Shown: one piece after another, positions 62,039 through 64,000 of the stretch
How positions within the stretch are numbered: the first letter of the stretch is position 1
Layout: every line of letters starts with the position of its first letter
IMG/VR virus record: IMGVR_UViG_3300045988_159436
Source: a virus
Reading direction: 5' to 3' (one strand)
DNA: 64,000 bases
Translations under genes and position numbers: made by a program
Notes under the pieces: model-generated
What the model was told of the DNA's origin: nothing
The model's input: only the letters and a program-made list of their open reading frames with translations
Database searches by the model: none

Positions 62039-62288
62039 AATAGGAGACAGTGTTTTAATAAGAACAGATTTAGTAGTTGTATATGTTATAGAGATTTTAA
62101 AGTGTCATTTTTGCGGTAATATGGTAGAAAATGTTTTAACAAAATCTATATATAAAGTTGATAAAGAACGTGAAGATTTAATAAATTATATAAACTCATT
62201 AACAAAACATAAAATACCTTCTGAATTAAAATACAAACTTGAAAATGAGGGGAAGTATCTTTATGGACAATATAACTCTATTAAATGA
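62010..62288 (+). CDS. hypothetical protein (likely start at ATG 62025)
   Basis: RBS gaggaatacaaATATG. Confidence 0.35.
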   Translation: MRNTNMREFKIGDSVLIRTDLVVVYVIEILKCHFCGNMVENVLTKSIYKVDKEREDLINYINSLTKHKIPSELKYKLENEGKYLYGQYNSIK

Positions 62289-62637
62289 ATTTAGAAATCT
62301 TATAAAAGAAGTAAAGCAATTAGAAAGTATATATGAAGTGGAAATAAATGAAATGGACAAAGCCTTTGGTGATATAAGGCACTTTTGTGAGCTAGATTAC
62401 CCTGTAGAACGTAAGGGAAAAACGAAAGTAGTAAAACTTATCAAAGAGTGCAGTGATAGGCGTAGAAAAGCAAAAGACAATTTAGAAATATTGAAACCAC
62501 TTATAGCATATATTGATGCACACCCTAAATTTGTGCAAGATATAGGAGCGGTGGCAAATGAAATGAAAAATATAGAAAGAAAACAACAAGGCAGAATATA
62601 TAGACCGAGGGTATTAAAAGAATTATTTAGTGAGTGA
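62239..62637 (+). CDS. hypothetical protein
   Basis: ORF; alternative start at 62263. Confidence 0.35.
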   Translation: MKMRGSIFMDNITLLNEFRNLIKEVKQLESIYEVEINEMDKAFGDIRHFCELDYPVERKGKTKVVKLIKECSDRRRKAKDNLEILKPLIAYIDAHPKFVQDIGAVANEMKNIERKQQGRIYRPRVLKELFSE

Positions 62638-62643
62638 TAATAA

Positions 62644-63108
62644 ATGATAATATTAAAGAAAACAGAAAGAATAACAAAAGTTCCTATAATGCTTTCTCCA
62701 TCACAACAAAGAAAAAATGATATATTAGTTGATTTATTACATCGTGTATACTCTTCAATAATACAAAGCGTATCATTACAGCGGTTAAAGAAATCTGAAT
62801 TAGGAATAATAATGATGTCTTTAACATGGAGAGCGGCAGGGATAAGATATGTACAACTATCAACAAATTATGGAGCTTCTTTAGTAAAGAGAGAGCAAGC
62901 ATATAAAAGTATGTATAAAGTAGAAATAAATAGAGAATTAACGAGAGATTTATTTTATAGTTTCGTAGATTTTTTTATTTATGACTTATCTTCAAGTGAT
63001 TATAATAGAGTATTTAATAATTTTCTTTTTACAGGCGATTGGTTTGAAGATTTACATACTTATTTAGATTGTTATATTCGTTATATGAATTTAAAGGAAT
63101 GGGAGTAA
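62644..63108 (+). CDS. EWE-terminus family protein (14)
   Basis: Ends ...NLKEWE-TAA inside GAATGGGAGTAA, which supplies the next ATG. Confidence 0.45.
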   Translation: MIILKKTERITKVPIMLSPSQQRKNDILVDLLHRVYSSIIQSVSLQRLKKSELGIIMMSLTWRAAGIRYVQLSTNYGASLVKREQAYKSMYKVEINRELTRDLFYSFVDFFIYDLSSSDYNRVFNNFLFTGDWFEDLHTYLDCYIRYMNLKEWE

Positions 63109-63596
63109 GAAAAATGCAACTAACAAGATTAGATACTGAACATTTATTGAATCAATTAGAAGGAGAAACGAGAGAAGAACAGCTCGATAGGTTACAAATA
63201 GTATGTGACGTTTTAGAGAGGTTTACAGGGATAGGAGAGCATATGCCAGGGTTTTTATCTAATGATTTTATGGCTAAGGTAAAACTAGCATTTAGAAGAC
63301 CTTTAAAGAAAGGTGATTTAGTAATAGCTAGAAGACGGTTTCTAGGGGAAAATAATATTGCTCTATGTGAAGGGGCTGTATGTGAAGTTTTAGAGATATT
63401 AGAAGGGCGTAAATTAGCTGTAAGGAATATTCATACTAAAATGCCAATAGAAGCCCCAGAAGATTGTTTTAAGCTTTTAGGTGTAAAAGAGGAATGCTGG
63501 GCAGAAGAAGAAGAAGAGATAACAGTAAAATATGCTAAGGCATTTTCAGATTGGGGATTAATGGCAGAAATAGCGAGAGAAAAAAGAGGCGGCTAA
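63099..63596 (+). CDS. hypothetical protein (starts MGVRK at the EWE junction)
   Basis: ATGGGAGTAAGA start overlaps the previous stop; ORF-track start 63069 is internal to the previous gene. Confidence 0.4.
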   Translation: MGVRKMQLTRLDTEHLLNQLEGETREEQLDRLQIVCDVLERFTGIGEHMPGFLSNDFMAKVKLAFRRPLKKGDLVIARRRFLGENNIALCEGAVCEVLEILEGRKLAVRNIHTKMPIEAPEDCFKLLGVKEECWAEEEEEITVKYAKAFSDWGLMAEIAREKRGG

Positions 63597-63598
63597 AA

Positions 63599-63778
63599 AT
63601 GAGATATATGGAAATAGAAGATAAATATATAGACAGATTAACAAAAAAGATGAATGTGGCGGCAAAATATGGGTGGGAAGTAGTAACTACAATTTTCAAT
63701 GGAGAAGAGTATATAGCATTATTAAGAACAGAATCGAATAAGCCAGAAACATTTGATTTTAGACGTGAAAGAATTTAG
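63599..63778 (+). CDS. hypothetical small protein
   Basis: RBS gaggcggctaaaaATG. Confidence 0.35.
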   Translation: MRYMEIEDKYIDRLTKKMNVAAKYGWEVVTTIFNGEEYIALLRTESNKPETFDFRRERI

Positions 63779-63809
63779 AAAAAGGGCGGGAAAATAATAA
63801 ATAAAATAC

Positions 63810-63839
63810 TTGACAATAAGAATAATAAATGATATAATA
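63810..63839 (+). promoter_or_regulatory. sigma-A promoter (TTGACA-18-TGaTATAAT)
   Basis: -35 at 63810-15, -10 at 63834-39. Confidence 0.55.
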
Positions 63840-64000
63840 TAAGCAAGAGGTAAGGAAAAAGGAGCTGATATTATGAAAAAATCATATAAATAATGAGGGG
63901 AAAAACAGGGGCGGGAAAATAGAGCGGAAGAATAGATAAGAAATATATAACTAAGAATAGTATTGATATAGAATATATGTAGTTACAAAAGAATGAATAG

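Noticed and set aside
1-64000. Integrase, attachment sites, tRNA genes or host flanks that would show a prophage
   Set aside because: No tyrosine or serine recombinase motif and no tRNA-like structure is recognisable in the intergenic stretches. The window looks like contiguous phage DNA, and I cannot tell from this sequence whether it is an integrated prophage or a free genome.

Overview
This is an AT-rich (about 30% GC) 64-kb stretch of a Firmicutes-type tailed phage or prophage, with almost every gene on the + strand. No integrase, attachment site, tRNA or CRISPR array is visible. Reading left to right: the 3' part of a tape-measure gene; a lambda-like tail-tip set (M/L/K/J analogues, L with a 4-Cys motif); several tail-fibre paralogues, one of which is the target of a complete diversity-generating retroelement (VR, TR, spacer, reverse transcriptase); a block of tiny early-type genes; more fibre genes, including a candidate invertible C-terminal cassette flanked by 36-bp perfect inverted repeats and a poly-G tract; an XhlA/holin/M15-endolysin lysis cassette; a replication and recombination module (SF2 helicase, DnaC-like, DnaB-like, primase, a family-A DNA polymerase interrupted by one intein and three group I introns, RecA, Cas4-like nuclease); a nucleotide-modification set (QueD, QueE, QueC, TGT/DpdA-like, a ThyX-like gene split by a homing-endonuclease group I intron, HAD, SLOG); a SpoVS homologue that also carries an intron; and further small-gene cassettes that include class-II (Ntn) amidotransferase-like and amidoligase-like enzymes. 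Three recurring elements stand out: 17 near-consensus sigma-A promoters (TTGACA, 17-18 bp spacer, TGnTATAAT); terminator hairpins that overlap those promoters; and a 14-member family of small proteins that all end in -(E)WE, with the stop codon embedded in a conserved GAATGGGARTRR junction that also supplies the next gene's ATG.
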